Shown here: positions 35,246-44,251 of the stretch, piece by piece | Layout: each line of letters opens with the position of its first letter | How positions within the stretch are numbered: position 1 is the first letter of the stretch | NCBI GenBank assembly: GCA_001775485.1 | Contig: MEWX01000014.1 | Span: 29,479-89,974, forward strand | Reading direction: 5' to 3' | DNA length: 60,496 nt | Source: Candidatus Adlerbacteria bacterium RIFCSPLOWO2_01_FULL_51_16 | GTDB lineage: Bacteria; Patescibacteriota; Minisyncoccia; Phycocordibacterales; SBAW01 | Program-made: the position numbers and the translations under genes | The notes under the pieces: generated by a model | Databases searched by the model: none | What the model saw: the letters and a program-made list of their open reading frames with translations, nothing else | What the model was told of the DNA's origin: nothing

Positions 35246-35322
35246 AGTCGCCATAAGCATAGCTCGTGACGGCTCGCTCGGGAAAAATGAAGATATGGTA
35301 TCTTCATCTTGTCCCTCGCTTC

Positions 35323-35394
35323 GCCGCCATAGTTCAATGGATAGAACAGCCCCGTCCTAAGGGGTAAATGTGGGTTCGATTCCTGCTGGCGGCA
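35323..35394 (+). tRNA. tRNA-Arg (anticodon CCU)
   Basis: GCCGCCA...TGGCGGC acceptor, anticodon arm GCCCC-GTCCTAA-GGGGT, T loop TTCGATT. The T stem contains two G-U pairs. Confidence 0.75.
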
Positions 35395-35409
35395 TGATAA
35401 CATTGTCTC

Positions 35410-35664
35410 GTGGACGCTGAAATAGACGAGTTGAGGGAGCTGGTGCAGCGGAATATAAAAATTACCGAGGATACCAACAAGGTAGTCCACGGTATGCGCC
35501 GCTCTATGCGTTTTACCCGCGTGCTAAAACTCCTGTGGTGGGCGACGCTTATCGGTATATCAAGTGCCGCATACCTTATCTACTTTCAACCCTACGTTGT
35601 GCAGATACAGCAGTTCTACGGTAACGCGCAAAATATACTTGAAAATTTTCGTCCAGGACAATAG
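35410..35664 (+). CDS. Small single-TM protein
   Basis: 84 aa, GTG start. Helical N-terminus, then TM segment LKLLWWATLIGISSAAYLIYF. Confidence 0.45.
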   Translation: MDAEIDELRELVQRNIKITEDTNKVVHGMRRSMRFTRVLKLLWWATLIGISSAAYLIYFQPYVVQIQQFYGNAQNILENFRPGQ

Positions 35665-35675
35665 CTGGCTTTTTG

Positions 35676-35748
35676 TGCTTGGGGCCGGGATCGAACCGGC
35701 GACCTCACCCTCTTCAGGGGCGCGCTCTACCAACTGAGCTACCCAAGC
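35676..35748 (-). tRNA. tRNA-Phe (anticodon GAA)
   Basis: GCTTGGG-TA-GCTCAGTTGGTAGAGC-G-CGCCC-CTGAAGA-GGGTG-AGGTC-GCCGG-TTCGATC-CCGGC-CCCAAGC-A. Confidence 0.9.
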
Positions 35749-35791
35749 AATTTGGGCATTCTACTACACCCCAGACCCTAGTGACTAGACC

Positions 35792-36280
35792 CTAATTTGA
35801 TTTAACCTTGAGTTTTGCTTGGCGGCCTTTGTCTACCTTTGGCAAGCGCACGGTAAGGAGGCCGTGCTTTTCGGTTGCCTCCGCTTCCTCTATCTCAACC
35901 TCTTGAGGGAGCACCACCGTGCGGGCAAAGGAGCCCCAATAGAGCTCCTGGAAAAAGAAGTCGCCGCTAGTGCCTTCGGTATGTCTCTCGCGCTTTCCCC
36001 GAACGGTTACCATGTCGCGTGTTATTGAAATGTCTAAATCCTCCGGCCGCACTCCCGCTATCATCGCTTTGATGACGATATGGGTCGGAGTTTGGTACAC
36101 GTCCACAGCCAACTCTCCGTCTATTTGTTCTTCCGGGACCTCGGCCATGGCGCGCTTGTCAACCCGTGCGGGAGCACCTCCAAAACCGTTACCGCTTTCT
36201 ATATCCTCAAAAGAGTAGTCGGTATCAGCCTCCGCTCCGCCGGTTAGCCAATCAAACAAGGATCGTTTTTTTCGTGCCAT
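35792..36280 (-). CDS. Hsp20/alpha-crystallin small heat-shock protein
   Basis: 162 aa. Alpha-crystallin domain ELAVDVYQTPTHIVIKAMIAGVRPEDLDISI...GLLTVRLPK. Confidence 0.9.
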   Translation of the reverse strand: MARKKRSLFDWLTGGAEADTDYSFEDIESGNGFGGAPARVDKRAMAEVPEEQIDGELAVDVYQTPTHIVIKAMIAGVRPEDLDISITRDMVTVRGKRERHTEGTSGDFFFQELYWGSFARTVVLPQEVEIEEAEATEKHGLLTVRLPKVDKGRQAKLKVKSN

Positions 36281-36292
36281 TGTAATTAGTTT

Positions 36293-36354
36293 CTAGGGGC
36301 TAGGTTTTAGTGATTAGGTTTTAACTAGAAGCTGAAAGCTAGAAGCTAGTAGCT
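36293..36354. repeat. CTAG-rich dispersed element, copy 1
   Basis: ctaggggctaggttttag...ctagaagctgaaagctagaagctagtagct. Block-wise matches the reverse complement of 47131-47196. Confidence 0.7.
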
Positions 36355-36357
36355 GGC

Positions 36358-37044
36358 TCAGCAGTAGTCTCGAGCGGGGCGCTTGACGCGTTCAGTGAGT
36401 AGTAAAACCGAGAGAATTCCAAACCAGATCGTGAGAAACACCCAAAACGTAACGCCGCTCCCAGCCCCTAGTATAAAAAAGTTAAATATCGTATGCAAGA
36501 CAATGGCAAGGACAACTCCAAGGAGTACGGCGAGCCGGCGTGTCTCGGCGCTTCTGTAAAAAGAGAGTGCGAGCGCCAACCCGACCGTCGCCGAAGAGAG
36601 TGTGTGGAGCAGCGTTGCTCCGATAAAGCGCAGATCTCCGGTCACTATGGTGCGCAACACGTCTCCTTGCTGCAGAGGCCCCCAAAGAAAAAGTGCATTC
36701 TCAAGCGCAGAGAAGCCAAGCGCCACGGTGACCAAGTAAATGATAGCGTCGAGCGGCTCGTCGTATGCCCGCGAGCGCAGAGCTATAACATATGCAGCGC
36801 CAAACTTGAGTATCTCCTCAAGGGCGGCCCATACAAGGAGGAGCATTGTGCCGGTAAAATAGCCGACCGCGAGCCGCTCGAGCGGTAACACGAGTGCCAC
36901 CGCGGCCATTCCACCGAGAAAGGAGAAAAAGATATAGCGCTTTGGCTCCGGCTCACAACGGTCCTCCATGAGCCAGAAGAAAAGCCACAAAAGTGCGGGC
37001 AGAAGCCCCCCTAAGAATGCAACGAAAATTAACGGAGAGGCCAT
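36358..37044 (-). CDS. PrsW-family intramembrane metalloprotease-like protein
   Basis: 228 aa, polytopic. EEILKFGAAY, FSALENALF and ATLLHTLSSA motifs as in PrsW. Confidence 0.65.
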   Translation of the reverse strand: MASPLIFVAFLGGLLPALLWLFFWLMEDRCEPEPKRYIFFSFLGGMAAVALVLPLERLAVGYFTGTMLLLVWAALEEILKFGAAYVIALRSRAYDEPLDAIIYLVTVALGFSALENALFLWGPLQQGDVLRTIVTGDLRFIGATLLHTLSSATVGLALALSFYRSAETRRLAVLLGVVLAIVLHTIFNFFILGAGSGVTFWVFLTIWFGILSVLLLTERVKRPARDYC

Positions 37045-39116
37045 GCTTCAACCATTATATAACCCTTTTTGCCCGGGAGACTCTGCCATATTTCCTCAGT
37101 AATAAAGGGCATAAAAGGATGCAAGAGCTTGAGCGAATTTTCAAGAATGTAGTGGAGCGTCTCGGCGTACTCGGGTTTGCCCTTGCTCTCTTCTATAATT
37201 TCTGCAGCAAAACGGTCCCAAAGATAATGATAAAGCTTTTCTGCAGCGAGATAGACGCGATAGTTTTCTATATCGTCGGTTACTTCGGCGGCGAGAGCAT
37301 CGAACTCTGTTTTTAATTCTTGTTTCAGTTCACCTCCGCGCACTTCCGAAAGCACAAACCGTGCAATGTTCCACAGTTTGTTGGCGAACAGTTTGTAGGC
37401 TCTGATTTTATCTTCTGAAAGAGCCATGTCCTGCCCCGGTGTGTTACCGACTAAAAATGCCATGCGCAGGGCGTCGGTACCGTACTGTTTAGTCACCGCA
37501 AGCGGATCTATGACATTACCTTTGCTTTTGCTCATTTTTTGTTTGTGCACGTCTCGCACAAGCCCGTGGAGGTACACGTCGCGGAAGGGGACCTCTCCAG
37601 TGCGGTAGAGCCCCAGCATAATCATCCGCATCACCCAAAAAAAGAGTATGTCATAACCCGTCTCCATGACCGAGGTCGGGTAATAGGTCTTGTAATCGGT
37701 GGAGTCAGGGTAGCCAAGCGTTGCAAATGGCCACTGACCGGAGGAGAACCAGGTGTCAAAGGTATCCGGGTCTTTACTCCAACCTTCGCCGGGCGATTCT
37801 TCTCCGATTTTGATTTCATCACCCTTAAACCACGCCGGTATTGGAATACCCCACACAATTTGTCGCGAGATATTCCAGTCCCGGAGATTTTGGAGCCAGT
37901 GGAAGAATATCTTTTTTTGAAAGTCGGGGAAAATGCGGATGTTTCCCCCCTCAACCGCTTCTTTTGCAAGGGCCGCAAGCGGTTCCATTTTTACGAACCA
38001 TTGTGGGATAATACGCGGCTCCAGAATATCGTTCTCGCTTTTGTAATTAACAACTATAGTGTGCGTGTAGCTCTCGTCTATTTTTTCGATAAGGCCTTTC
38101 TCTTGCAAATCTTTAACGACCGCCGCGCGTGCCTCCATTATTTTCATTCCCGCATATTTTCCGCATTTCTCGTTCAATTTTCCGTAGCGGTCTATCACTT
38201 CAACCACTGGCAAATTGTGCCGCTGCGCGATTTCGAAGTCGTTAGGGTCATGCGCGGGGGTGACTTTGATGATGCCGGTGCCGAATTCGGGGTCGACATA
38301 CTCATCTGCGACGACTTTTAACTTAACTAGGCCAATGAGCCCCTCAAACTCGATTTCTTTGCCTACCCATTCCGCATAGCGCTTATCTTTGGGGTTGACC
38401 GCGACAGCGGTGTCACCAAATTTTGTTTCCGGGCGCACGGTTGCAAGGGTGAACGGTCCGTACTTGAGATAATAGAGCGGGTCTTTGCGCTCTATTGCTT
38501 TGGTTTCCAGGTCAGAAAGGGAAGTCTGATACTTGTTCGACCAATTGACCGGCCGCGCTCCGCGATATACCAAACCGTCATCGTAGAGCTTTTTGAACGT
38601 GTCGTAGACCGTTTTTACAATGTCGGGGTCGAGCGTAAACTTTTCCCGACTCCAGTCGCAGGAGGCGCCGAGATCCCGTAGCTGGCCCTCCATAAACTTT
38701 TTATTTTCTAAAGTGAAGGCGAGCGTTTCTTTGTAGAATTCATCTCGCTCCATCTTGAAGCGTGAGCGGCCTTCTTTTTCTAACTTTTTCTCATATACGA
38801 GCTGTGTTTCAAAACCAGCGTGGTCGGCGCCAGGGAGCCAGAGGGCCTTATAGCCCCGCATGCGCTTATAGCGGATGAGAAGATCCTGGAGCGTTACAAA
38901 GAGGGCATGCCCAACGTGGAGCGAACCGTTGGCATTTGGCGGCGGCATAATGATGGTATAGGGCTCTTTTCGCTCCTGCTTCCTACCGTCAGTATCTTCG
39001 ATCGGTGGTAGTTTGTCGGGGTTGAAAAAGCCGCTTTCTTCCCAGCGCTTATATATCGCACCCTCGGTTGCCTGGTGGTCGTAGGGCTTCTTAAATTTCT
39101 CGGGCATAGAGGGCAT
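37029..39116 (-). CDS. valS: Valine--tRNA ligase (short form lacking the C-terminal coiled coil)
   Basis: PPPNANGSLHVGHAL (HIGH), LPGADHAGFETQ, KMSKSKGN (KMSKS). Only 695 aa, with about 165 aa after KMSKS. Confidence 0.9.
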   Translation of the reverse strand: MPSMPEKFKKPYDHQATEGAIYKRWEESGFFNPDKLPPIEDTDGRKQERKEPYTIIMPPPNANGSLHVGHALFVTLQDLLIRYKRMRGYKALWLPGADHAGFETQLVYEKKLEKEGRSRFKMERDEFYKETLAFTLENKKFMEGQLRDLGASCDWSREKFTLDPDIVKTVYDTFKKLYDDGLVYRGARPVNWSNKYQTSLSDLETKAIERKDPLYYLKYGPFTLATVRPETKFGDTAVAVNPKDKRYAEWVGKEIEFEGLIGLVKLKVVADEYVDPEFGTGIIKVTPAHDPNDFEIAQRHNLPVVEVIDRYGKLNEKCGKYAGMKIMEARAAVVKDLQEKGLIEKIDESYTHTIVVNYKSENDILEPRIIPQWFVKMEPLAALAKEAVEGGNIRIFPDFQKKIFFHWLQNLRDWNISRQIVWGIPIPAWFKGDEIKIGEESPGEGWSKDPDTFDTWFSSGQWPFATLGYPDSTDYKTYYPTSVMETGYDILFFWVMRMIMLGLYRTGEVPFRDVYLHGLVRDVHKQKMSKSKGNVIDPLAVTKQYGTDALRMAFLVGNTPGQDMALSEDKIRAYKLFANKLWNIARFVLSEVRGGELKQELKTEFDALAAEVTDDIENYRVYLAAEKLYHYLWDRFAAEIIEESKGKPEYAETLHYILENSLKLLHPFMPFITEEIWQSLPGKKGYIMVEAWPLR

Positions 39117-39181
39117 GATAGCCCATTTTTTGGCTTTGTGGTATGGTTATTTTAGACACTTAAACGCAGAGAGGAATTCTC

Positions 39182-39490
39182 ATGCAAGCGAAAGCGCCGG
39201 AGTTTGGGCGATTTGAAAACTGGGTGGACCTGGTGTTGCCCTGGGGGGTCCATTTTCAGGTCAGCAAGCTCGACCTTGTTAAAACCCCCAAGGGGTATGA
39301 GCTCAAAAGCACGGAGCGTCCCATCCACGTGTACCCCGGACGCTGGCCTGTGCCGGCGGTCGACGATGAGCCCAACATCATCGATGGGGTAGCTGTTGAG
39401 GTCGACGAGGCAATCATTAGGGTTATCGACGAACGAGCGGGTATCCATAAATCCGGCACGGCGAGTTCCCAAGCGACACAAGCCGTCTAG
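39182..39490 (+). CDS. Hypothetical protein (strand assignment uncertain)
   Basis: 102-aa ATG ORF with the SD-like agagg 7 nt upstream. A 109-aa antiparallel ORF (39152-39481, TTG start, no SD) covers the same DNA. Confidence 0.35.
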   Translation: MQAKAPEFGRFENWVDLVLPWGVHFQVSKLDLVKTPKGYELKSTERPIHVYPGRWPVPAVDDEPNIIDGVAVEVDEAIIRVIDERAGIHKSGTASSQATQAV

Positions 39491-40620
39491 GCAGCAATAG
39501 AAAGATTCCCAACGGCGCGTATTTCCGCGCCGTTTTCTTTTTGTTTTCCCGAAAGTAAGCGGGCGAGCGCAGTTTGGGCGATCATTACCGCATTGTCGCC
39601 GGTTATGGAGAGCTCCGGCAGGCGAAATTCAACATCAGGAAATTCTTTTGTGATTAGATTTTGAAGCGACTCGCGCAAGTGTTTGTTTGCGGCAACCCCG
39701 CCGCCGATAACAAACGTTTGCGTCCCTGTTTCTTCAAGTGCGCGCCGCGTTTTTGCAACAAATACTTCCGTAACCGCATCTTCAAACTCGCGTGCGAACG
39801 CCGCTCTCTCTTTTTCAGTTAATTTTTTACCTCGCAATGCGTAAAGCGCGGCGGTTTTAAGACCCGAAAAAGATACGTCACAATTTTTGCTCGTGAGCAT
39901 GGGGCGAGGGAGCCGGAAAGAAGTGTCCTTGAGCAAATGGTCTGGCCCCGCCTCGCGACCTCGAAGAAAGGGAACGGGCGGGGAAACCCGAGGACCTTTG
40001 CGAGAGGATTCTTCTTGAAGGCGATGTTTTTCTGCAAGTTTGCTAATTTCGGGGCCGCCGGGGTAGGGGAGGCCGAGCATCCGTGCCACCTTATCGAAAC
40101 ACTCACCGACCGCATCATCCAAGGTCTCGCCGATAACCTCGTACTCAAACCACTCTTTCATTAACACAAATTCCGTGTGCCCGCCCGACACTAAAAGGGC
40201 TAACACCGGCAGTTTTATATTTTCCAGTCTTCCTTCTTGTGCCAAAGAGGAAATGAGGTGTGCCTCCATGTGGTTGATGGGGATCAGTGGCCTTTGCCAT
40301 TTTTTTGCCAAATCTTGTGCAAAGGTGATGCCTTGCCAGAGCGCGGGCTCAAGCCCCGGTCCATACGTCACCGCAATCGCATCTACCTCCTCTTTTTCAA
40401 ACTCTCTAAACAACAGAGGCAAGTTTTTCTGGTGCTCGCGCTTGGCGAGGTTAGGGTAGACGCCTCCATACTCGGCATGGAGATGTGCTTGCGAAAGGAG
40501 CGCGGCACGGAGTGTTTTAAATTCAAAATCAATCCCTCCTGTATCGGGATGTCGGGCAGAGCCCTCCACAACCGCTATTCCTGTTTCGTCGCACGAGGTT
40601 TCTACCGCGAGAACTTTCAT
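39487..40620 (-). CDS. tsaD: tRNA N6-adenosine threonylcarbamoyltransferase TsaD
   Basis: MKVLAVETSCDETGIAVV, INHMEAHL, LLVSGGHTEFVL, GETLDDAVGECFDKVARMLGLPYPGGP. Contains an insertion of about 35 aa after ISKLAEKH. Confidence 0.9.
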   Translation of the reverse strand: MKVLAVETSCDETGIAVVEGSARHPDTGGIDFEFKTLRAALLSQAHLHAEYGGVYPNLAKREHQKNLPLLFREFEKEEVDAIAVTYGPGLEPALWQGITFAQDLAKKWQRPLIPINHMEAHLISSLAQEGRLENIKLPVLALLVSGGHTEFVLMKEWFEYEVIGETLDDAVGECFDKVARMLGLPYPGGPEISKLAEKHRLQEESSRKGPRVSPPVPFLRGREAGPDHLLKDTSFRLPRPMLTSKNCDVSFSGLKTAALYALRGKKLTEKERAAFAREFEDAVTEVFVAKTRRALEETGTQTFVIGGGVAANKHLRESLQNLITKEFPDVEFRLPELSITGDNAVMIAQTALARLLSGKQKENGAEIRAVGNLSIAA

Positions 40621-40826
40621 TTAGACCGCTCTTGCCACCAGGCCATAACAAACGCAACAAATCCTACCACACCAAGAATCCAGGAAATGAATCCAAGTGA
40701 GTCTGCGGTCGGATTGGAGAGAGCTTGCCACACCTCAGGCGGGATGGGCCAGGCAAAACTAATAAAACTTCCAATAAGAAATGCCGCCGAAAACAACGCC
40801 GCAGAAAGAAAATATGCGTTTTTCAT
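40617..40826 (-). CDS. Small two-TM membrane protein
   Basis: 69 aa. Its stop overlaps the tsaD start (ATGA). Confidence 0.45.
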   Translation of the reverse strand: MKNAYFLSAALFSAAFLIGSFISFAWPIPPEVWQALSNPTADSLGFISWILGVVGFVAFVMAWWQERSK

Positions 40827-41002
40827 GACATGCGTAAAAACTATTAATAATTTTTATTCTACCACTTTTTGTGGTCACAAGTTCGCTTGCGCCAGCCGCG
40901 CAAGCGACCCGCGACCCCGGCTCGCGGCCACGCAGGTGCGTGGCAATGCTCCGCCTCGCACAAAGCAGAAAATATGCAGCAGTGCATATTTTCCGTCCTT
41001 TG

Positions 41003-41075
41003 TGCGCGGTGCAGGACTCGAACCTGCGACCCTCCCCACGTCAAGGGGATGCTCTACCAACTGAGCTAACCGCGC
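41003..41075 (-). tRNA. tRNA-Val (anticodon GAC)
   Basis: GCGCGGT-TA-GCTCAGTTGGTAGAGC-A-TCCCC-TTGACGT-GGGGA-GGGTC-GCAGG-TTCGAGT-CCTGC-ACCGCGC-A. A hairpin aaaatatgca-ctgc-tgcatatttt follows on the minus strand. Confidence 0.9.
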
Positions 41076-41109
41076 GTCAAAACACGATAGCAAAAAAGTG
41101 TGTACGTTG

Positions 41110-41538
41110 CTACTTTTGGGGAGACATTACCGGCTGAATCATCCCAAATATGTTACCCTCGGTATCTTTGTAGTAGCGCAGAAGCCCAACGCCGGGCACG
41201 TTCATTTTTTCGGTTTGGGGTTTTGCACCTGCCGCATCGGCTTTGGCGATATAGGCATCGATATCGTCAACGGCCACGATGCAGGTAAAAGCGTTTGGTG
41301 AGTGACCATCGGGCGGCAGGGGGGCATTGCGCTTCATCAGCCCACCATTGATGCCAACATTTTCCATAGTTACCTTCCCCTTAACTATCTCATCCGGCCC
41401 GGGGCCGGTTACAACAATGCGGTACCCGCCAAACCCTGGGCCTGTCTCAATAAACTTCCACCCGAACACTGACTCATAAAATTTCTGCGCCCGGTCGAGA
41501 TCATCTGCTTGGATCTCGAAATGTACTACTCGATTCAT
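41110..41538 (-). CDS. VOC-family (glyoxalase/bleomycin-resistance fold) protein
   Basis: 142 aa. VVHFEIQADDLDRAQKFYESVFGWKF pattern. Confidence 0.8.
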   Translation of the reverse strand: MNRVVHFEIQADDLDRAQKFYESVFGWKFIETGPGFGGYRIVVTGPGPDEIVKGKVTMENVGINGGLMKRNAPLPPDGHSPNAFTCIVAVDDIDAYIAKADAAGAKPQTEKMNVPGVGLLRYYKDTEGNIFGMIQPVMSPQK

Positions 41539-41625
41539 ACAGTTATTTATTATTGGTAACTGAAGCAGTATAGCAAAACACCCAAAAAAATGTTATTTTG
41601 CTTCTGTTCTGAAGTGCCACATACT

Positions 41626-41712
41626 GGAGAGGTGGCTGAGTGGTCGAAGGCACCGCACTCGAAATGCGGCGTGGGGGAAACCTCACCGTGAGTTCGAATC
41701 TCACCCTCTCCG
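41626..41712 (+). tRNA. tRNA-Ser (anticodon CGA)
   Basis: GGAGAGG acceptor, anticodon arm CCGCA-CTCGAAA-TGCGG, long variable arm, T arm GTGAG-TTCGAAT-CTCAC. Confidence 0.85.
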
Positions 41713-41713
41713 C

Positions 41714-41785
41714 GGCCCCATCGTCTAACGGTTAGGACATCGGCTTTTCAAGCCGGTAATCGGGGTTCGATTCCCCGTGGGGTCA
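41714..41785 (+). tRNA. tRNA-Glu (anticodon UUC)
   Basis: GGCCCCA-TC-GTCTAACGGTTAGGAC-A-TCGGC-TTTTCAA-GCCGG-TAAT-CGGGG-TTCGATT-CCCCG-TGGGGTC-A. Only 1 nt separates it from tRNA-Ser. Confidence 0.85.
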
Positions 41786-41787
41786 TG

Positions 41788-41823
41788 AATACAAAATGCC
41801 GGCTTCTGCCGGCCTTTTGTATT
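41788..41823 (+). terminator. Rho-independent terminator after the tRNA-Ser/tRNA-Glu pair
   Basis: aatacaaaatgccggc-ttct-gccggccttttgtatt. Confidence 0.75.
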
Positions 41824-41936
41824 CACTATGATACCTGGGAGGTAAATCGAACCGCCGGAGCCGTGCCGCTTTGCGGCAGGCGAGGCGTGTCCCGCGGCAC
41901 TTATGAGCGAAGCGAATTTGTGACCGTCAGGATCGA

Positions 41937-41952
41937 ATTCCCCGTGGGGTCA
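41937..41952 (+). repeat. Duplicate of the 3' end of tRNA-Glu (16/16 nt)
   Basis: attccccgtggggtca at 41937-41952 is identical to 41770-41785. It is followed by its own long hairpin (cacaaaaagacacaaacattccgc-ctgc-gcggaattttgtgctttttgtg). Confidence 0.7.
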
Positions 41953-42275
41953 CAAAAAGACACAAACATTCCGCCTGCGCGGAATTTTGTGCTTTTTGTG
42001 AAGCCGGAGCGTTGTTTTGCAATTGCAAAACCGCGAGGCGGGGGCTGCGTGCGAGTTTGCTGACGAGCAAACTCGACATGTGGCTCACAGATGACAGACG
42101 GAACCATGTTTTGCCAGCAAGCAAAACAGGTGAGTTGGGGCCGGCGACCTCGCTTGCGCGACGGCACAAGCGAGAGTTGTGGGCCACTTGTGACAATTAC
42201 GAGGCGGGGTCGCGAAATTCCTGAGCGACGGCGAAGAAATATTTGTGACCACAGTCTGGTAGTATTCAAAATGTT

Positions 42276-42932
42276 ATGCAATCCGAACAACTGAAGCCTG
42301 AAGAATTTGACGCACATATAGCAAGCGGGACGTTTCGTCTTGCGTTTATAGGTATGTCTAATGCCGGCAAAAGCTACCGCTCAAAGACCTTGCATAAAGA
42401 AAAAGACTTTTTGTGGTACCAAGTGGATGAAGAGATTTGGAAGGCGCTCGGTTTTGACACCATAGCAGAGATTTCCTCATGGATCGGTTATCCGACCGAC
42501 GAAGGGTATGCCGAGCGCGAGCGGCAGTATCTCGAACTTGAAAATAAATTCACCGAGCGCGCGTCGATGCGCACAGGCGGCAAGAATTTTGTATTTGACA
42601 CGACAGGCAGTGTCGTCCACCTAGAACCGAAGACCCAGCACATACTGAAGGAAAACTGTCTTGTCGTGCACTTGGATGTGGGGGAGAGCGCGATCGAGCA
42701 TATGACGGAGAAGTTTTTTCTGCACCCAAAGCCGATCGCGTGGTGCGGTTATTTTTCCATGCAGCCGGCTGAATCAAAAGAAGAGGCGTTGCGGAGATGC
42801 TACCCCGAGCTTCTCCTAGAGCGGCTCAAGCGGTACCGGGAGTTCTCTCATATGACTATCAGAGCCAAAGAAGTGTACGACAAGTCGGGGGAGGAGACGC
42901 TCGCTATCATCAGAAATCACTTGGTACAATAG
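42276..42932 (+). CDS. P-loop kinase-like protein (shikimate/adenylate-kinase-like fold)
   Basis: 218 aa. Walker A FIGMSNAGKSYRS near the N-terminus. No closer family assignment is possible by eye. Confidence 0.45.
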   Translation: MQSEQLKPEEFDAHIASGTFRLAFIGMSNAGKSYRSKTLHKEKDFLWYQVDEEIWKALGFDTIAEISSWIGYPTDEGYAERERQYLELENKFTERASMRTGGKNFVFDTTGSVVHLEPKTQHILKENCLVVHLDVGESAIEHMTEKFFLHPKPIAWCGYFSMQPAESKEEALRRCYPELLLERLKRYREFSHMTIRAKEVYDKSGEETLAIIRNHLVQ

Positions 42933-42936
42933 ACCC

Positions 42937-43332
42937 ATGTACCGCAAACTGCTCTCTTTTTTCGACAGGCTTGAGGACAAGATCCGTATTCGCTTGAGCC
43001 ACAGCCCCGTTCTCTACTCGCTCATTGGAGCAGTCGGTATTGTGCTCATCTGGAAGGGTGTGTGGGAGACAGCCGAGCTCTTCCCATGGCTCTTTGGCCC
43101 TGCCTCGGTGTTACTCGGCGTTATCATTCTTCTTGTGACAGGGCTCCTCGTTTCTTTCTTTATCGGCGACAGTATCATTATTTCAGGCTTCAAGCAGGAG
43201 AAAAAACTTGTCGAAAAGACGGGAGATGAGGTGAAATCGGAGATGGAGGTTTTAATAAAGATGGAGAAAAAGATTGAACATCTGGAGAAGGATGTTCATG
43301 AAATACAAGGGGAGAAACGCCGGATTATTTAG
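42937..43332 (+). CDS. Membrane protein with a C-terminal coiled coil
   Basis: 131 aa. Two TM segments, then a Lys/Glu-rich helix. Confidence 0.5.
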   Translation: MYRKLLSFFDRLEDKIRIRLSHSPVLYSLIGAVGIVLIWKGVWETAELFPWLFGPASVLLGVIILLVTGLLVSFFIGDSIIISGFKQEKKLVEKTGDEVKSEMEVLIKMEKKIEHLEKDVHEIQGEKRRII

Positions 43333-44251
43333 CCGCCCGCAAAAAGAAATAGATATCCTCAAGCGCCTTCACCGCATCGCCTGCGGCGATGTTGTTTTGA
43401 TGGTAGAGCTCGTCTGAGCAATCGCCCGCAGCCCAAACCCCTGCCATTGAGGTGCGCTGATTTTTGGCGTTCACTTTGACCCGACTCCACTCGTCGAGCT
43501 CTAGAAGCCCTTTTACAAAGTCGGTTGCGGGGACCATGCCGATTTCTACAAATACCCCCGAAGCGGGGATCTCTTGTGTCTCGCCGGTTTTATTGTTTTT
43601 AACCACAACGCCGGTTACAAATTTTTCTCCCCTGACCTCGGCGGGCTCTGTATTGATAAGGAGCTTCATGTTGGGATGAGCGAGTACTGCGTCGACGGTT
43701 GTTTTGTCAGCGCGGCTACACTCGGCACTCCGGTGAATGAGTGTCACCGACTTCGCGTAGGCCAAAAGCTGTGCTGCGGTTTCAAACCCGGCGTTCCCCC
43801 CGCCTATTACCACCGTATCCTGGCCGGAGAAAAGGGGTCCGTCACAGGAGGCACAGTAGGTAACGCCTTTATTTTCAAATTCGAGGGCTCCGGGAACCCC
43901 TAGCTTTTTGCGGGAACCACCGCTTGCGACAAGAACCGCTCTGGCCTTATGAATGCCCTTGTTTGTTCGTATCGAAAATTCATCTCCTGCTTTTTCTATC
44001 AACTCCGCCTTCTCCCCGATATGGAGCTCGACGATATCGTCCGCATAGGTCCGCATATGACCCTCAAGCGCTTTTTGGAACTCAAGTCCCGCGATGTGCG
44101 GTGTTCCTATCCAATTTTGGATATCTTGCGAGTCGGTTGATTGTCCGCCGATAACCTCGGCTATCAAAATAGTTTTGAGGCGCTTGCGCGCGGCATACAC
44201 TCCTGCGGCAACGCCTGCCGGTCCGCCGCCAATAATTGCTAGATCAAACAT
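43325..44251 (-). CDS. trxB: Thioredoxin-disulfide reductase
   Basis: FDLAIIGGGPAGVAAGVYAAR (FAD), redox CASCDG, VVIGGGNAGFE (NADPH), GVWAAGDC. Confidence 0.9.
   Translation of the reverse strand: MFDLAIIGGGPAGVAAGVYAARKRLKTILIAEVIGGQSTDSQDIQNWIGTPHIAGLEFQKALEGHMRTYADDIVELHIGEKAELIEKAGDEFSIRTNKGIHKARAVLVASGGSRKKLGVPGALEFENKGVTYCASCDGPLFSGQDTVVIGGGNAGFETAAQLLAYAKSVTLIHRSAECSRADKTTVDAVLAHPNMKLLINTEPAEVRGEKFVTGVVVKNNKTGETQEIPASGVFVEIGMVPATDFVKGLLELDEWSRVKVNAKNQRTSMAGVWAAGDCSDELYHQNNIAAGDAVKALEDIYFFLRAAK

Noticed and set aside
39152-39481. 109-aa minus-strand ORF between valS and tsaD
   Set aside because: It needs a TTG start, or an internal ATG without an SD. The antiparallel plus-strand ORF has an ATG with a good SD. 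It is kept only as an alternative in the feature note, and the strand remains unresolved without comparative data.
40237-41064. 275-aa plus-strand ORF
   Set aside because: It runs antisense through tsaD and the small membrane-protein gene and then across tRNA-Val, so it cannot be a real CDS.
41786-41952. Active integrated mobile element at tRNA-Glu
   Set aside because: The tRNA 3'-end direct repeat is real, but the repeats are only 167 nt apart and no integrase, excisionase or cargo is present. At most this is a scar, so it is reported as a finding and not as a mobile element.
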